DNA from: a virus
Lineage: Duplodnaviria; Heunggongvirae; Uroviricota; Caudoviricetes
Direction: 5' to 3' (one strand)
Virus record (IMG/VR): IMGVR_UViG_3300045007_000064
Location: 124,236-171,128 of that record
DNA: 46,893 nucleotides
Part shown: in pieces, positions 44,677 through 46,893 of the stretch
Position numbering within the stretch: the stretch's first letter is position 1
Layout: each line of letters opens with the position of its first letter
Translations under genes and position numbers: made by a program
Notes under the pieces: model-generated
The model's input: only the letters and a program-made list of their open reading frames with translations
What the model was told of the DNA's origin: nothing
The model's database searches: none

Positions 44677-44885
44677 GCACACAACCGACACTGGCTGACG
44701 CCGCGGACGCTATCGAAGAGGTCGCGTATCGCTTTGACTTGCTCACGCAGCCGAACTCCGACCTGGTGAACCGAGCGCATCACCTGATGAAGCTCGCGGA
44801 CGCTATCGGTGACCTGAAGAGCTGGCACCCGGAGTACGACAGCAATAAGGGCACCCTGCCCTACGAACGGGAGGATGCCGAGTAA
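44673..44885 (+). CDS. hypothetical protein
   Basis: 70 aa; ATGA and TAATG overlaps on both sides. Confidence 0.65.
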   Translation: MSTQPTLADAADAIEEVAYRFDLLTQPNSDLVNRAHHLMKLADAIGDLKSWHPEYDSNKGTLPYEREDAE

Positions 44886-45226
44886 TGCCTATTGGACCGA
44901 GCTACCCTACGCCGTACGTCGGAGACTTCCCGCCTTTCGTCCCCGCCCCAACCCAGACCCCTTCCCCAACGTTCTTCCCGTCAATGAGAGAAAGAGACGT
45001 ACGCACATTGGACGTATACATGATCTGGGCTATCGTGCCCGACCAGCCGGAAGCGCCGTGGCTCATCACCGCGTGGGACAGCGAGTCCATTGCGGGCAAC
45101 GAGGACGGCTGGCTGGAGGAGCTTGCCAAGGCGGAAGAGGAGTACGGCGGTCGTTACGTACGCGTCACCAAGACCGCCGTCAACTACGATGCTGTCGTGG
45201 AGTCATTCCAGCCTGTAGAGGTCTAA
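44885..45226 (+). CDS. hypothetical protein
   Basis: 113 aa; GGAGG RBS; TAATG coupling. Confidence 0.7.
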   Translation: MPIGPSYPTPYVGDFPPFVPAPTQTPSPTFFPSMRERDVRTLDVYMIWAIVPDQPEAPWLITAWDSESIAGNEDGWLEELAKAEEEYGGRYVRVTKTAVNYDAVVESFQPVEV

Positions 45227-45227
45227 C

Positions 45228-45497
45228 ATGCCTGGGATGGCGATAGGTGACGAGTACGTCACGAACGGCATTTACTACGGCAAAGTGCCGTACATTCTCA
45301 CGTTTTGGGAGGCGCGCCCTGAGGCGAGCCGCGGGTATGCGGCGGGGTTCTCCCTACACTGCCCGGACTGCGGGCGATTCGCCCGGATCACTAAGGTAGC
45401 CTCGCGGATTCCCGCGCCTGCCACAGACTCGTGGCGCGGGCGATGCATGTTCAAGGTGACGTGCCGCAGACATGGGGTTTCGAGATGGTTGAGCTGA
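45228..45497 (+). CDS. Zn-ribbon protein 1
   Basis: CPDCGRFA...VTCRRHG; GAGG RBS. Confidence 0.65.
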   Translation: MPGMAIGDEYVTNGIYYGKVPYILTFWEARPEASRGYAAGFSLHCPDCGRFARITKVASRIPAPATDSWRGRCMFKVTCRRHGVSRWLS

Positions 45498-45742
45498 ATC
45501 AGGCCTTTGAAGCGCTTCTCGTGCAGATGGCTGCCTTCGAGGAGGCTTACTTCCCCGACCCGGAAGATCGCACGCCCGGGTGGTACTCAAATTTCCAGGT
45601 GCGGTGCTCCGACTGCGGGCGGTTTGCTGTCTACCTAAACGGCGGTGACGGGTACAATCCGATGACCGGCGACTACGATCCGTGGTCCGAGGTCCGTTGC
45701 AAGAAGCATGGGGTGACGAGCGGTGTCTACCCTGAGACTTAA
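45485..45742 (+). CDS. Zn-ribbon protein 2
   Basis: CSDCGRFA...VRCKKHG; ATG 45485 overlaps the upstream ORF. Confidence 0.65.
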   Translation: MVELNQAFEALLVQMAAFEEAYFPDPEDRTPGWYSNFQVRCSDCGRFAVYLNGGDGYNPMTGDYDPWSEVRCKKHGVTSGVYPET

Positions 45743-45992
45743 CATCACCACTACCACCACAACGACTACGAACTTTCAGCCGAACACGGTGTACTACATC
45801 CCCTCGACGGGGAACGTCATTTCCTGGTCAAGTACGTCCGTACAGACCTGGCGGACGAAGAATACCCGAGGCTGGAACGGCAGGCTCGCTCCCCGATGCT
45901 CGGGCTGCGGACGCTACGCAAAGCTGAACCCGAAGTCTCAGGGGATGCTCGTCACATGCAACCGATGCAAGGGAGATATGAAAAGATGGTAG
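45723..45992 (+). CDS. Zn-ribbon protein 3
   Basis: CSGCGRYA...VTCNRCKG; GTG start. Confidence 0.55.
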   Translation: MSTLRLNITTTTTTTTNFQPNTVYYIPSTGNVISWSSTSVQTWRTKNTRGWNGRLAPRCSGCGRYAKLNPKSQGMLVTCNRCKGDMKRW

Positions 45993-46255
45993 ACAACAAG
46001 ATACCTGCGGACTACTGGGTGACCCTTACGGTCGGACCGGCTGATACCGAAGACGCCGCTGATCATACCTGGATGACGGGTCTGAGAGTGTCCTTCCGCG
46101 AGTACGGCACTTGGATGGATGATAAGCAGATCGACCAGTTCTGCGCGCGCCAGGCGGAGAGACTGGCGAAGAGGATGAAGGAAGCACGGGATGCGGAGAT
46201 GGCTCGCGCTCGTCAGGCGGCGGAACCGTTTTGGAAGCGGTGGCTGGGGGCCTGA
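45986..46255 (+). CDS. hypothetical protein
   Basis: 89 aa from ATG 45986 with GGGAG RBS; C-terminal coiled coil. Confidence 0.6.
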   Translation: MVDNKIPADYWVTLTVGPADTEDAADHTWMTGLRVSFREYGTWMDDKQIDQFCARQAERLAKRMKEARDAEMARARQAAEPFWKRWLGA

Positions 46256-46422
46256 TGGATTCCTACATGTACATGGAAATCGGCTCGGAGTATGACAACT
46301 ACGTGGAGTTCGTCGTCTGGTCGGGCAACTATTCGGTGAGTCAGGTCGTCCGCGTAGCTAGGTGGGAGTGGGAGGCGTGGGGGAATCCGCGCCGGGTTCG
46401 CGTTTCTGTCTCACCCGCTTGA
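46255..46422 (+). CDS. hypothetical protein
   Basis: 55 aa; TGATG coupling. Confidence 0.5.
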   Translation: MDSYMYMEIGSEYDNYVEFVVWSGNYSVSQVVRVARWEWEAWGNPRRVRVSVSPA

Positions 46423-46447
46423 CAGGTCTGTACTGAGCTGTTAGTGT
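46419..46447 (+). promoter_or_regulatory. strong sigma-A-type leaderless promoter
   Basis: TTGACA-N17-TAGTGT with TG extension; ATG 46454 begins 7 nt after the -10 with no RBS. Confidence 0.75.
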
Positions 46448-46453
46448 GTACAT

Positions 46454-46747
46454 ATGGATGTATCCGAGATTCCCGCGCTGATCGCTGAGATGCGCAAAGA
46501 GACCGAGTGTCACTGCTTCGACGGTGGCGTGGTGAACCCGCTGCCGTGCCGTACGCACGGTGATGAGTCTTCCTGGCAGATCGGGCGCTTGACAGATGCG
46601 CTGGCGGAAGTGTATGCTCGCAACGAGCTGTTGGAGAGCCGCTTCGAGAACGCGATCTTCCAGCTCGACCAGGTTCGACCCTGGCAAATCTCGCAGGCAC
46701 AAATCGTGAACCTGTACAACCTACTGACCCCGGAGACGGTGCTATGA
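46454..46747 (+). CDS. hypothetical protein (CxC...CxxH, coiled coil)
   Basis: 97-aa ORF at the predicted transcription start. Confidence 0.7.
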   Translation: MDVSEIPALIAEMRKETECHCFDGGVVNPLPCRTHGDESSWQIGRLTDALAEVYARNELLESRFENAIFQLDQVRPWQISQAQIVNLYNLLTPETVL

Positions 46748-46893
46748 CCTATGAGATGGACGAGGATGACCTCTGGGAAGAGGACCGATACGAATCGGAG
46801 CCGTGGGTCTGTGACGAGTGCGGCTACATCGATTACTACTGTGAGCTGTGCGGATACCATGGCCACTCCTGCCCCGCGGACGGAGAGGGTGAG
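46744..46893 (+). CDS. Cys-rich hypothetical protein, truncated by window end
   Basis: ATGA overlap; MTYEMDEDD...CDECG...CELCGYHGHSC; open to the end of the window. Confidence 0.6.
   Translation, partial: MTYEMDEDDLWEEDRYESEPWVCDECGYIDYYCELCGYHGHSCPADGEGE

Noticed and set aside
1-46893. tRNA, rRNA, CRISPR, integrase, lysis genes
   Set aside because: None recognised; intergenic gaps are short. A tRNA/Rfam scan was not possible

Overview
Structural and packaging half of a lytic-type siphovirus of an actinobacterial host (high GC, sigma-A and leaderless promoters; no integrase, lysis, tRNA or CRISPR seen here). Left end (+): Prim-Pol/D5-type primase-helicase. 2.7-44.4 kb (-): one virion region, in transcription order terminase (with a class 3 intein), HTH protein, small genes, portal, 1799-aa ParB-domain giant, 1546-aa protease polyprotein, two capsid proteins, major tail, adaptor, tail completion genes, frameshifted chaperones, tape measure, and large decorated tail-tip proteins. 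Right end (+): small early-type ORFs, several with Zn ribbons. Main leads: (1) a coupled cassette between terminase and portal encoding two nuclease-less terminase-ATPase paralogs and a 73-aa copy of the portal clip segment (possible decoys or packaging modulators); (2) nested beta-domains in the tail tip, balanced in cis in the 1445-aa protein but only in trans between the 1230-aa Dit and the 749-aa FN3 protein (7 first halves, 2+5 second halves); (3) a recurring [LIVM][TV]A[AS] motif at domain boundaries of four head proteins (probable maturation sites) plus a shared QxRDxxGx(F/W) module. Family names come from motif recognition only; no database search was run.
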